This document shows, in pieces, positions 20,532-30,430 of a stretch of 64,000 bases of DNA. The translations under genes and the position numbers were made by a program. The notes beneath the pieces are model-generated. The model saw only the letters and a program-made list of their open reading frames with translations. It was not told the DNA's origin and did no database searches. Positions within the stretch are counted from its first letter, which is position 1, and each line of letters starts with the position of its first letter. The DNA comes from Deinococcales bacterium (lineage in GTDB: Bacteria > Deinococcota > Deinococci > Deinococcales > JAAFIG01), in assembly GCA_031414595.1 (NCBI GenBank), contig JANNVX010000086.1:1-64000 (forward strand), written 5' to 3'.

Positions 20532-21818
20532 ATGAATGGTTTGGCAACAGCAACATTTGGTGGGACACTCGAGGTTCTTGGTATTTCTGAGGTTTTGCAA
20601 CTGGTTTCTAGCAGTAAAAAAACCGGAGTGTTGCGTTTTACGCCAAACAATCCAAACCTCGAGTTAAAACTGGCATTGCGCGATGGTCGGGTGGTTGGTG
20701 TCTCTGGGCGGAGCGTACCAAAATTAGCCGATGTGCTGCTAAAATTCGGAGTTTCGCCGCAAGTTGTCGGTTCGCTTGGGGCAGCCTTGACCCAAAGTAA
20801 AAATCCACAGGTACTAAACACGATTGGGCGTGAAAAACTCGAGCAGTGTTTGCGTTGGCGGCTCGAGACTGGTTTGTTGTTGCTTTGGCAGTTACAGGTT
20901 GGTGCATTTGAATTCAGTCACGGTGAACCGCCCAGCACCCTAGAATCTGGCTTAAATCTTGAAACAGTGATGCTTGAAGTGGCACGACGCACCGATGAAC
21001 TGAGCCGTATCCTGCTGCCCGATGTGACCCCAGACACGATTTACAACATTGCTGAACGGGTTGGGGATTTCTCGAGTGCGCTGCGGAGTTTAATGCCAGC
21101 CGATTGGAATTTACTAAACGCCATAGACGGTAATTCTAATTTGGCAGCTGTGGCAATCAATGCGGTACTACCTTGGGATGAACTGATTCGTGGCATTAAC
21201 CAACTTGAAAGCATTGGCTTTATTGAACCAAGTGCGGCTCAACGTGGTTTAGAACGCAAGTACAAGCGCTTGGTCAAAACCGATTTAGCCCCAGCCTTTA
21301 CGCTACCAACTTTGGACGGCTCGAGTGTTTCTTTGGGTAGTTTACGTGGTAAACGCACCTTATTGACTTTTTTTCGCCATGCCGGTTGCCCATTTTGCAA
21401 CTTACGGGTTCACCATCTGATCGAAGCCTATCCACGCCTCGAGCGATTAGGGGTACAAGTGATTGGGGTCTTTGGCTCGAGTTTAGAAGGTTTACGCGCT
21501 CGGGTTGGGCAACAAAACCCACCGTTTCCACTGCTTGCCGACCCTGACGATGCGATTCATAATTTGTACGGTACTGGACACAGCATTTTAGGCTTTATGG
21601 CATCGTTTGCCCCAAATGGCATTGCCGCCTTTCTCGAGGGTTCACGGCTTGGCATTACCCACGGTCAAACCGATGGCGAAGCCACCCGAATGCCAGCCGA
21701 TTTTTTAATCGGTCCAGATTTACGCATCGAAGCGGCACTGTATGGTGGCAATGCGTTTGAGCATATTGCCATCAAAGCCCTCGAGCAGTGGGGACAAAAC
21801 GGGCTGGTGGCAGCTTAA
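20532..21818 (+). CDS. DUF4388 (PatA-N-like) domain fused to a peroxiredoxin-like redoxin domain
   Basis: GTLEVLGISEVLQLVSSSKKTGVL N-terminus and W..GAFEF; C-terminal APAFTLP...FFRHAGCPFC...PADFLI. Confidence 0.8.
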   Translation: MNGLATATFGGTLEVLGISEVLQLVSSSKKTGVLRFTPNNPNLELKLALRDGRVVGVSGRSVPKLADVLLKFGVSPQVVGSLGAALTQSKNPQVLNTIGREKLEQCLRWRLETGLLLLWQLQVGAFEFSHGEPPSTLESGLNLETVMLEVARRTDELSRILLPDVTPDTIYNIAERVGDFSSALRSLMPADWNLLNAIDGNSNLAAVAINAVLPWDELIRGINQLESIGFIEPSAAQRGLERKYKRLVKTDLAPAFTLPTLDGSSVSLGSLRGKRTLLTFFRHAGCPFCNLRVHHLIEAYPRLERLGVQVIGVFGSSLEGLRARVGQQNPPFPLLADPDDAIHNLYGTGHSILGFMASFAPNGIAAFLEGSRLGITHGQTDGEATRMPADFLIGPDLRIEAALYGGNAFEHIAIKALEQWGQNGLVAA

Positions 21819-21828
21819 AACGAGAAAA

Positions 21829-21853
21829 AACTTTGGTCGCAAAGACCAAAGTT
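21829..21853. terminator. Probable bidirectional intrinsic terminator
   Basis: AACTTTGGTC-GCAAA-GACCAAAGTT perfect 10-bp stem between convergent genes. Confidence 0.7.
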
Positions 21854-21873
21854 AATTTTACTCGAGTTTTAAC

Positions 21874-22461
21874 TTAGCGTTTAATCAAAGAGAACTCAAA
21901 AATTTTCGTCGGACGGTTCTTCTCGAGGTTCATGTTTTCAACCCGTAAACCCGTGAATAATTAGTTCTTCTCGAGTTTAAGAATATCGAATTCTTGTGGG
22001 TAATCTTTGACGGTGGCAAGCCCAAACGCCATGCAGCCTGTCAAACTAACATCCCGTTTGCTGTTCAGAGGTAGGGCTGTGTCACCACAACCAGTTTGGT
22101 TTAAGACAGCTTGAATATCTGGAACATGAGCCGTGATGAATTTTCCAGTTTGACCCCAAGTGACTTTCAATGTATTGGCATTGATTGCTTCACCAAAAGT
22201 GTACAGTCCAACAATTTTATTGGTGAATAACTGCACGTTGCAGGCTGGGTCAGCAAAAATGGTGTATTTAAGTTGCCAAGTGCTGGCTGTAAATACAAAA
22301 TTGCGTTTGATAAAAGCGGTCTCAGCCCCCACCACAAATGTTTCGCAACCTTTACTGTCCCACGTACCCACTAAATCGGTGTTCTTAAAGGCAGCTTGCT
22401 GAGCCGAAACTTGAAGAACAGCCAAACCAGCAACAATGCAAGCAAGAATAATTTTTTTCAT
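21874..22461 (-). pseudogene. Secreted APCDD1-like protein interrupted by an in-frame TAA (21961-21963)
   Basis: Signal peptide MKKIILAC with AAGGAG RBS; W.S.GCE, D..C, CG and DV..TGC pattern; the frame continues past the stop as LFTGLRVENMNLEKNRPTKIFEFSLIKR*. Confidence 0.65.
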
Positions 22462-22469
22462 GATGAACT

Positions 22470-22821
22470 CCTTTTTGGCAATACAATGCCGTCTCGAGTT
22501 GCTTTTCGGGTGGCAGGGCGGCAGCGCTGTAGACATCTGTTCCCAGACCAGTCCGAAACCGAATTGCCAGTACCTCGGTGTTATCTTCGATGCGGTGGGC
22601 ATGACGCTGGTTGTCGTTGAGTAATAAGTACCTATCTGGTGTGACCGCAAACCGAGCGCGTCCGACTTGGTGTAACTCGAGACTAGAAAAAACGCTGTAC
22701 AAAGATAAAGACGTGGTGTGAACTGGGATTTCTTGCATTACCTTTGGCATGAATTAAAACGTTGATCCATCCTTTAGGGTTAGGCGCATCCAAACTGTGT
22801 CCAAGGGTTTTAGGGCTGCAT
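22470..22821 (-). pseudogene. Degraded AraC-family regulator (N-terminal ligand domain only)
   Basis: Fragments GWINVLIHAKG and HTTSLSL...VTPDRYLLLN lie in different frames; no HTH before the next RBS. Confidence 0.55.
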
Positions 22822-22909
22822 AATCGGTTAAGAACACCCCCTTAGTTTAACTGGTCAAGCCAAGCCTTTGTACTCGAGCCGTGGGGACAGAACAGGTTAG
22901 TGGCATAAG

Positions 22910-22939
22910 AAAACCCCCGCCATAAGCGGGGGCTTTTTT
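22910..22939 (-). terminator. slpA intrinsic terminator
   Basis: AAAACCCCCGC-CATAA-GCGGGGGCTTTTTT just downstream of the slpA stop. Confidence 0.85.
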
Positions 22940-22957
22940 ACTCGAGTTCTGAGAAGA

Positions 22958-25900
22958 TTAGAATGTGAGGCTGTAAGCGATGGTGAAGCGTGAACCCCAC
23001 GTCACTACTGGCGCACCAGTGATGTTGGTGTGGTTAAACAATCCGTAACGGAATGCCAAGCCATAGTAATTGAAGTTGAAGTCAATACCAGTCAAAACAA
23101 TTGATGCGGCAGCGTCGCTACCCCACGCACTAAATGGTACTGGAGCAGCAAAGCTAGGACCAAAGCCAGTTCCGCTGCGACCAATGTCGGTACGGGTGCT
23201 GAAGCTCACTCCAAAGGTACTACCTGGGAGTGGACCGTTTGCCCAGCTTAAACCAGCACTGAACAACCATGTGCTTGCGTTGGCTGAACCGGAACGGGTA
23301 TCAATTGCAACACCAAGAGCAACTTTCGAGCCAAGCAAGAAATCGCCATTGGCAGTGATATTTGCACCAAGGGTGGTGTTATCTCCAGCTAATGAACCAC
23401 TGCCTGTTTGCGAGCCAAAGTAGGCTTTTGGAGCAATGGTGAATCCAGCTAAGTTGAGTGAAGTGTCAACATAGGCATAGATTGAAGTGCGTGTACCAGC
23501 CACAACAGTGTTGGTGCTGCTGTTAAAGCCAGCCACGACGTTGACACCTGGGATTAACTTACCAGCGTTAGCAATGGATACACCAAGGTCGGAGCGACCA
23601 TAGGTAGCCACACCAGCAGCATTTTCTGCATCGCTGAAGAAGTAGGTTTGAAGGTCAAATCCAGCCAAAGCCAAGCCAACAACAACACCAAAGTCAGTCG
23701 AACCACTAATGGTTGCGCCACCGTTGGTATTCATGCTACTGAGCAACAAGCCACCTTGGAAGTTGATACCTGCGGGACGTGCTGGACCATTTCCTAAAGC
23801 CGAACCTGTGATGCGTGAACGGCTATCAAAGTATGCACCGACATTCAAGAAACCAAGCAAGTTCTTAGCACCAAGGGTTACGCCAAAGCCCGTTTGGTTA
23901 TCGGCATAAGGACCATCGTTGGTGCTGCCATCGGTATTATTGGCACTACCTTCTGTAAGTGCGCTACCCCAAGCATCATCAACAAAGCGCCAGTTACCAG
24001 CAATGGTAAATGGATCAAAAGCCAAGCCAACTGTAACAAACGAAGCAACGCGGTTGGTGGTTAAAGCTGGAAGTGTTTGGGTCAAGCTGCTTGCGTTCCA
24101 CTCGCCAGCCAAGTCAACAAAGCCAAAGAGTTTTCCAGCAAAGTCAACACCAAATTGGGTAACGCTATCTGCACGTACACCAGTACCAACAATGTCTTCA
24201 CCAGCAAGAGAAATATAAGCGCCGCCAGTTAAACCTTGGATAAGGCTTAATGTACCTTTCGCACCAACAGTGTAGTAGCTATCGCCATCTAAGCCAAGGG
24301 TTGATTGGTAAACAATGCTGAGGTTAGGGTCAAGTGGCAATAAACCAGCGCCGCTCAAGCTGGCAACAAAGCCGTCGCCATTGCCGCCTGTGTTCATGGC
24401 AAACTTAGTGAAAGCATAAGGAACATTTACACCAAAGTTAATAAATAATGGGGCTGCACCAACATTGTAGGTTAGTGCCAAGCTCGAGAGGGAGAAGCCA
24501 AGGAACGAAAGGCTTGTTCCACGACCACCACTCAAGTTGGTGAATGGTCCACCAGTGGTGGCTTGTGCGCCGTTGACTATACCTGCTGGAACCATTGTTA
24601 AAACCAAACCGATTGAGAAGTTATTGCCTAGACCATTGGTTTTACCACCGGTTAAAGCACGTGGCTTGAAGGTAAAGACCAAAGTTGCACTTGGAGCAAT
24701 ACGACCTTCGGTATCAACAACTTGACCTGATTGACCGTTAATACCAACGGTACGTGTACCGTTGGTACCACCGTCACCACCAGCAAAGTCAGAGAAAGTG
24801 CGGGCATTGGTGCTTACACTTCCATCGCCAGTACCGCTCGAGAAACCAAATCCGAAACCGCCATTTGGCAATGCCAAACGATCAATATCAAAGTCACGTC
24901 CTAAGCCTGTGCCATCTTCACGCCAAATCAAAGCACGGCGGTAGCTTAGACCAATTGTGCCACTAACTGTAAAGGCATTGGCTTCTAAGACTGTAACACG
25001 ACCTTCAACCGCAGTTACACGGCTTTCGACACGTCCAACACGAGCTTCAAGTTCGCCTACACGGTCAGCCAGGTTGGTCTGGTCACGGCGAATCAAGGTG
25101 GTGAATTCGCGCAGTGACTCGAGGTCTTCTTGGCTGGCGGCGGTGGCTGCCAAGTCATCCAAGGCAGCATTGGTAACCGACAGACCGCGTTCGAGTTGGG
25201 TTACTTTGTCTTGGAGGCTCAGTACGTCTTGGTTCAAAAGCACAACAAGGTCGTTCAAAGCAGCAATGCTGTCGGCTTGACCTTCAACGGTTGCGCCAAG
25301 TTCGCCAAATTGTGCTTCGAGGTCATCAATGCGTCCGTTTAATTCGTCGTAGCGGTCTTGGAGTTCACGGGCTTGTGCCAAAGCAGTGTCAGCCGCGATG
25401 CTGGTGGCTTCTACTTGGTCTGCAAGCGCAGCAAAGGCTTCTGGGTCAACGCCTTCTGGCAGGTTCTCGAGGGCAGATGCAACGGCTTCGGCGAGGTCAC
25501 GGGCTTGGTTTGCAGTTTCTGCAACTCCTGCCAAGTCATCGTTGGTGGCGTAATCGCCGGCTGGTTGGGCTTCTTGCGCCAGCGCTAAAGCATCATCAGC
25601 AGTTTGTTGGGCAACTTCGGCGGCGGCGGCAGCAGCAGCAGCAGCGTCCCCAGCGTCCCCAGCCGCAGCCATTGCGTCGTCAGCAGCTTGCTGGGCATTT
25701 GCGGCTGCATCTAAGGCATCGTCGGCACTTTGTTGTGCAACTTCTACGCCAGCCGCAGCGTCATCGGCGCTTTGTTGGGCGGCAGCAGCAGCAACCATTG
25801 CATCTTCAGCCGCAGCAAGGGCAGTATCGGCTGTTTCTTGGGCAGTAGCCGCAGCAGCTAAGGCATCGTCGGCACTTTGTTGTGCAACTTCTACGCCAGC

Positions 25901-27511
25901 CGCAGCGTCATCGGCGCTTTGTTGGGCAGCAGCAGCCGCAGCCATTGCATCATCAGCAGTTTGTTGGGCAGTTTCGGCGGCAGCAGCAGCAGCGTCGGCA
26001 GCTTCTTGGGCAGCAATGGCAACAGCCATTGCGTCGTCGGCAGCTTGTTGTGCATTTGCAGCCGCATCAAGTGCATCGTCAGCGCTTTGTTGGGCAACTT
26101 CTACGCCAGCAGTTGCGTCATCGGCGGTTTGTTGGGCAGCAGCCGCCGAAGCAAGTGCGTCGTCGGCGGTTTGTTGGGCAGCAGCAGCAGCAGCTAATGC
26201 GTCATCGCCTGTTTGTTGGGCAGCATCGGCAGCCGCTTGGGCAGCTTCAGCCGCATCTTGGGCAGCCGTAGCGCGGGCAGCCACAACAGCAATGTTGGCA
26301 TCGGCAGCCGCTTGGGCAGCCATAGCCGCTCTTTGGGCAGCATCGGCAGCCGCTTGGGCATCTCTGGCTTGTTGAGCCAAGGCAGCAGCATTGGCATCGC
26401 CGTTTTTGGCAGCCAGTGCAGCAGCTTGGGCAGCAGCATCGGCAGCCGCTTGGGCAGCACTAGCACGAGCAGCCAAGGCAACAGCATTTGCGTCACTCGA
26501 GGCTTGGGCAGCTTTAGCAGCATCAAGCGCAGCTTGGGCAGCGTCAGCAGCTTTTTGGGCGGCAGCCAATGCGTCATCGGCGGTTTGTTGGGCAGCCACA
26601 GCAGCAGCAGCAGCAGCGTCAGCAGCGCCACCAGCAGCATCGGCGGTTTGTTGTGCGCCAGCCGCAGCAGCGTTTGCACCAGCCGCAGCGTCTTGTGCAG
26701 CCATGGCAACAGCCATTGCGTCGTCAGCAGCTTGTTGTGCATTTGCAGCCGCGTTGATTGCGTCATCGGCGCTTTGTTGGGCGGTTTCTACACCAGCAGC
26801 AGCGTCGTCGGCGGTTTGTTGTGCGTTTGCAGCAGCAGCCAGTGCATCATCACCTGTTTTTTGTGCGCCAGCCGCAGCAGCAGCAGCATTTGCAGCGCCG
26901 TCATTGGCTTCTTGGGCAGCAGCAGCCGCAGCTTCGGCGAGGTCACGGGCTTGGGTTGCAATTTCTTCAACTCGAGCCAAATCGTCGGCGGTGACTGCAT
27001 TGTCCTCGAGTTCGGCAACGCGAACACCGAGTTGGGCAAGGTCAGCAGCCAATTCTTGGATCGCGTTTTGCAAGACAACCAAGTCAGCAGCAGTCAAGAA
27101 GTTCTTGAGGTCGTCTTTGGTGGCAACGTTAGCTGGTAAACCTGGCGTTCTAGCAATTGCAGCGTCCAATTCGGCTTTGGTAGCGTACTTTGGAATACCG
27201 CATTCGCCATTGCGAACTGCGTCGAGCAAACGAGCGATGATAGCGGCGGCTTGGTAACGGGTAACAGCTTCGTTACCACGGTAAGTGCCATCTGGGAAAC
27301 CGCGAATGATACCGCAATTCGCAGCGACTTGGATGGCGGCGGATGCCCAGTGACCGGCTGGAACGTCTTTCAGTTCGGCTGGTTTCTGGTTCTGGGTTTG
27401 GGCAGTTGCTGGATCTACTTGCCCAGTCGGGTTTGTGCCTGTTTGCGCGAAAGCGGTTACACCCGCACTAAGCGCAGCAGTCAACAACATTGCAGCCGTG
27501 ATTTTCTTCAT
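22958..27511 (-). CDS. slpA: SlpA-type envelope protein: SLH domain, long coiled coil, outer-membrane beta-barrel
   Basis: Signal peptide; SLH DVPAGHWA...GFPDGTYRGNEAVTRYQAA; LNDLVVLLNQDVLSLQD and LREFTTL stalk motifs; beta-strand-rich C-terminus ending YSLTF. Confidence 0.9.
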   Translation of the reverse strand: MKKITAAMLLTAALSAGVTAFAQTGTNPTGQVDPATAQTQNQKPAELKDVPAGHWASAAIQVAANCGIIRGFPDGTYRGNEAVTRYQAAAIIARLLDAVRNGECGIPKYATKAELDAAIARTPGLPANVATKDDLKNFLTAADLVVLQNAIQELAADLAQLGVRVAELEDNAVTADDLARVEEIATQARDLAEAAAAAAQEANDGAANAAAAAAGAQKTGDDALAAAANAQQTADDAAAGVETAQQSADDAINAAANAQQAADDAMAVAMAAQDAAAGANAAAAGAQQTADAAGGAADAAAAAAVAAQQTADDALAAAQKAADAAQAALDAAKAAQASSDANAVALAARASAAQAAADAAAQAAALAAKNGDANAAALAQQARDAQAAADAAQRAAMAAQAAADANIAVVAARATAAQDAAEAAQAAADAAQQTGDDALAAAAAAQQTADDALASAAAAQQTADDATAGVEVAQQSADDALDAAANAQQAADDAMAVAIAAQEAADAAAAAAETAQQTADDAMAAAAAAQQSADDAAAGVEVAQQSADDALAAAATAQETADTALAAAEDAMVAAAAAQQSADDAAAGVEVAQQSADDALDAAANAQQAADDAMAAAGDAGDAAAAAAAAAEVAQQTADDALALAQEAQPAGDYATNDDLAGVAETANQARDLAEAVASALENLPEGVDPEAFAALADQVEATSIAADTALAQARELQDRYDELNGRIDDLEAQFGELGATVEGQADSIAALNDLVVLLNQDVLSLQDKVTQLERGLSVTNAALDDLAATAASQEDLESLREFTTLIRRDQTNLADRVGELEARVGRVESRVTAVEGRVTVLEANAFTVSGTIGLSYRRALIWREDGTGLGRDFDIDRLALPNGGFGFGFSSGTGDGSVSTNARTFSDFAGGDGGTNGTRTVGINGQSGQVVDTEGRIAPSATLVFTFKPRALTGGKTNGLGNNFSIGLVLTMVPAGIVNGAQATTGGPFTNLSGGRGTSLSFLGFSLSSLALTYNVGAAPLFINFGVNVPYAFTKFAMNTGGNGDGFVASLSGAGLLPLDPNLSIVYQSTLGLDGDSYYTVGAKGTLSLIQGLTGGAYISLAGEDIVGTGVRADSVTQFGVDFAGKLFGFVDLAGEWNASSLTQTLPALTTNRVASFVTVGLAFDPFTIAGNWRFVDDAWGSALTEGSANNTDGSTNDGPYADNQTGFGVTLGAKNLLGFLNVGAYFDSRSRITGSALGNGPARPAGINFQGGLLLSSMNTNGGATISGSTDFGVVVGLALAGFDLQTYFFSDAENAAGVATYGRSDLGVSIANAGKLIPGVNVVAGFNSSTNTVVAGTRTSIYAYVDTSLNLAGFTIAPKAYFGSQTGSGSLAGDNTTLGANITANGDFLLGSKVALGVAIDTRSGSANASTWLFSAGLSWANGPLPGSTFGVSFSTRTDIGRSGTGFGPSFAAPVPFSAWGSDAAASIVLTGIDFNFNYYGLAFRYGLFNHTNITGAPVVTWGSRFTIAYSLTF
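25485..26954 (-). repeat. Ala-rich AQQ(T/S)ADDA coding repeat tract bounded by an exact 24-bp direct repeat
   Basis: GCTTCGGCGAGGTCACGGGCTTGG at 25485-25508 and 26931-26954; many ~14-residue repeats between them. Confidence 0.9.
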
Positions 27512-27960
27512 TACTACCCCCTAAAGGTATGCGCGGCTTTTTGGCTTTTTGGCTTATCTTTGGGGTCTCGAGGCGAGTTGCCGTGTTTCCTCTCTCGATT
27601 GTCCTAGACGTACCAATTGGCGTAGGCGTTGCACGTTGCAGGTACTCGAGAACCGTTTGGGGTTTTCGCTCACGCGAAGAGGTTCTGTTGTGACGCTGCT
27701 CCAATTAAAGATTTTAACACAATGAGAGCAGGCAAAGTCAACTCTGAGAAGAAACGGCATAAAAAGGGTATTCAACGTGGCTTTGTTACTGTGTGAGAGC
27801 AATTATTAGTGAATTGGGCTAATCTGCCTTATTTCCTCATAAAGCTACCATAGTTGTTCTTTTTGTGGTTTGTCGTACAATTAAATCAACAGCGTTCCTG
27901 ACGAATTAAATCTACATCAAAAAACCAATCGGGCATTTTTACGCTCATCAATCTGTTTAC

Positions 27961-29394
27961 CTACAGAAGTAAACTACCTCGAGCCTGCATCGGTTGGGAA
28001 AAAATTAGAATCGTGATGGTATTGATTAAAAGCACTAAAAGCACCTGCGGCAAAATAACTGCCAGCACCGCTCGAGTCAAGCGCTTTTGCCCAGAGGCTT
28101 TTTGATAAGCAATGTAGAGACTGCTCAGAAATGCCAGATAAGACACCACAACTTGAAAAGGGAAAATTGCATCTAAACGGACTGTGCTGACCAAAGCTGG
28201 AGGCTCGAGCGGTAGCTCTAAGCGCATCAACAGGTTGATGATATTGGGTAGTAAGGTACTTGCACCTGTTATAAAATGAAATAGATAGTGTCCACCCCAA
28301 ATTGCCAGCATCAACGGATATAAAACCCCAACCCAATCCCTGAGCAAACCTCGAGAGGCTTTGGCTGCCAGTACAGTCAGGCTAAAACCAAGCCCGAGCG
28401 CCACGGTAAAAATAATTCCAAGTAATAACGCCTCGTCTCGAGTACCAAGAAGGGCTGATAACCATGCCGCCAGCCCAAAATAAGGTGGAATCATCGCAAA
28501 GGCATTCAGTAAACCCGCCCATGTCAGTAAAACCACAAACCAAGTCCAATCCGATTTTGGTTTGTCTATAATCGCTTCACGTAGAGGGTTTCTGACCTCG
28601 AGTGCAACATTATCGTAAGGACACGCCCGAAGACAGTTCAGGCATAAAGTACAGTCCTCGTTGCTCTGGATGCTCGGCACAAATAAATTGGTCTCGCAGC
28701 CGGGGAAAGTTCCGATGGTCTTGGCGTTTATCGGCTCGAGTTGTAACAACACATGTTCTGCTCGATTGCCCTGTATTGGCGCTCGAGTTGAATTGGTCTC
28801 GAGTCTGCCATTTAAGCAGTATTTACCTTCGCAGGAATTGCAGACATTTTGGTCTTTAGCCGTAATCTGGGTTGGACTGACCTTAGACAAAGCAAAATTA
28901 AAATTACCAAGTGGACAGACATATTTACAAAACGTCCCGACGGGAAAAACAGCATCCACCACCAGTGCTGCCACAAAATAAGCAATCATCAGCCAAGCCG
29001 TAATCCAAGGGCTTGCCCACAAATCAAAGTATTCGTAGGTGAACAAAAACAAGACCGTCGCGCCAATCACCAAATATTTATTGCGTAAACTTTTAGGAAA
29101 ACTAAATTCTGGCAAGAACCGCTTCAAGAACTTGGTTGAACCTCGAGTTAGCATTAAAGGACAGGCAGCACAAAATAAATTCCCAAAAACCGCCAATGCC
29201 AAAGCCACCAAACCACGATAATGCACCCAAACCGCTACGGTTGCGGTGTTGGTCGGTGCGAGTTGTCGCCCAGTAAAACCATCGTAAATGGCAAGTAAGG
29301 CAAGCACAAAAAGAGGAACTTGCAACACAAATCTCGAGTAGTGCCAACGCAAAAATGCACCCAGAATTGGTAAACGCAAAACATCAAGCGTCAT
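27961..29394 (-). CDS. Polytopic membrane protein with 4Fe-4S motifs (NapH/FixG-like)
   Basis: FCAACP, FCKYVCP and CTLCLNCLRACP motifs, multiple TM segments. Confidence 0.85.
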   Translation of the reverse strand: MTLDVLRLPILGAFLRWHYSRFVLQVPLFVLALLAIYDGFTGRQLAPTNTATVAVWVHYRGLVALALAVFGNLFCAACPLMLTRGSTKFLKRFLPEFSFPKSLRNKYLVIGATVLFLFTYEYFDLWASPWITAWLMIAYFVAALVVDAVFPVGTFCKYVCPLGNFNFALSKVSPTQITAKDQNVCNSCEGKYCLNGRLETNSTRAPIQGNRAEHVLLQLEPINAKTIGTFPGCETNLFVPSIQSNEDCTLCLNCLRACPYDNVALEVRNPLREAIIDKPKSDWTWFVVLLTWAGLLNAFAMIPPYFGLAAWLSALLGTRDEALLLGIIFTVALGLGFSLTVLAAKASRGLLRDWVGVLYPLMLAIWGGHYLFHFITGASTLLPNIINLLMRLELPLEPPALVSTVRLDAIFPFQVVVSYLAFLSSLYIAYQKASGQKRLTRAVLAVILPQVLLVLLINTITILIFSQPMQARGSLLL

Positions 29395-29750
29395 GGATTA
29401 ATTCCAAGTTTAGCTTCGCCAGTTAAAGTCTGTGTGCCTTTTTTGGCGGTGATGCTCAGTACCCAATCGCCCGACATCGTAAAGCCAAAGTTATCTAGGG
29501 CATAGCGCCCAGCCTCCAGTTCTCGAGCTTCGGCTTGGACTGGCGACATCCCTGCATGGGTCATATCGCCACGCACCGTAACAATCGCTTTGGTCAAGGG
29601 TTTACTTTGATACTCGAGCAGCAGCACGATTGGCACTTTACCGACTTTGGGATTGGTGATTTCAAGTTTGACTGTCAGTTCGTTTTGCTTAGCTGGAGTG
29701 CAAGCCAGCAGCAGACACAACAAAAACAAGGCTTTCAAAAAGAACTTCAC
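29391..29750 (-). CDS. YtkA/FixH-like lipoprotein
   Basis: Lipobox LLAC; DMTHAGM, GRY and FTMSGDW motifs. Confidence 0.85.
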   Translation of the reverse strand: MKFFLKALFLLCLLLACTPAKQNELTVKLEITNPKVGKVPIVLLLEYQSKPLTKAIVTVRGDMTHAGMSPVQAEARELEAGRYALDNFGFTMSGDWVLSITAKKGTQTLTGEAKLGINP

Positions 29751-30241
29751 AATGGCACTTCCTTGTTCTTAGGACGAACAAACAACACAAAAGCCAGTGC
29801 CAGCAACGCAATCACCACAGGTAGGGCAGCCAGAACCACCAGTAACGTCAAGTCTGGTTGCCCAGCTTTAGAAGCTGGTAACAACAACCGCACCGATTGG
29901 GTCAACGGAAACTGCACTGCCTTTGCCACCTCGAGCGCCTCGGCAGGAAAAGTTGTATCGCGGAGTTTCAGGGTGTACGCACCGCTTGGCACACTAACCA
30001 CCACGCGGTACTCACCATCTGCCACTGGCTTAACCACGCCACTCGAGACCTCGCCTGTTTCGGACAGCAAGCTATACGCCAAACTCGCGCCGTTAATCGG
30101 TTCGCCTTGGACTCCGTTCATTAAAACCACCAAGTCTTTTTTCTCGCTGAACACATCCAAGTTGACTGCCACAGCATGGGCAGAGGCACTCGAGAAGAAA
30201 GAGGAAAGACAAAAGAGAAAGGTAAAAAGAACCAACTTCAT
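29747..30241 (-). CDS. Exported protein with C-terminal membrane anchor
   Basis: Signal peptide ending SASA-H; C-terminal TM; TAGACT 7 nt before ATG. Confidence 0.7.
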   Translation of the reverse strand: MKLVLFTFLFCLSSFFSSASAHAVAVNLDVFSEKKDLVVLMNGVQGEPINGASLAYSLLSETGEVSSGVVKPVADGEYRVVVSVPSGAYTLKLRDTTFPAEALEVAKAVQFPLTQSVRLLLPASKAGQPDLTLLVVLAALPVVIALLALAFVLFVRPKNKEVPL

Positions 30242-30430
30242 GGCTAAAAGTCTAATCAGACTCAATCAGACGTTTGCCTGACCTTTGGATGTATGACTGT
30301 TCTACGCCAATTGTCTGAGGCACGATTTTGGATTCTCGAGTAGGCTAAGAAAAGATTTTAGAGGAAGGAGGGACGAGAAAAAAGAAATTGTGGGTCTTGC
30401 TGCCAACAAATTAAGGTTCTTTCCTCCATC

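Noticed and set aside
22462-22650. N-terminal extension of ORF 21961..22650
   Set aside because: Signal peptide and RBS indicate a start at 22461; the extension overlaps the AraC remnant.
25291-27257. Long Gln/Arg-, Ser/Gly- and Ala-rich ORFs overlapping slpA (e.g. 26213..27139, 26391..27257)
   Set aside because: Shadow frames created by the GCN-rich repeats of slpA; no RBS or domain signal.
27689-27697. TGTGACGCT in the slpA leader as another operator
   Set aside because: Single copy, oriented opposite to slpA transcription, with no 11-bp partner.
29535-30281. 248-aa plus-strand ORF
   Set aside because: Antisense shadow of two well-supported minus-strand genes.
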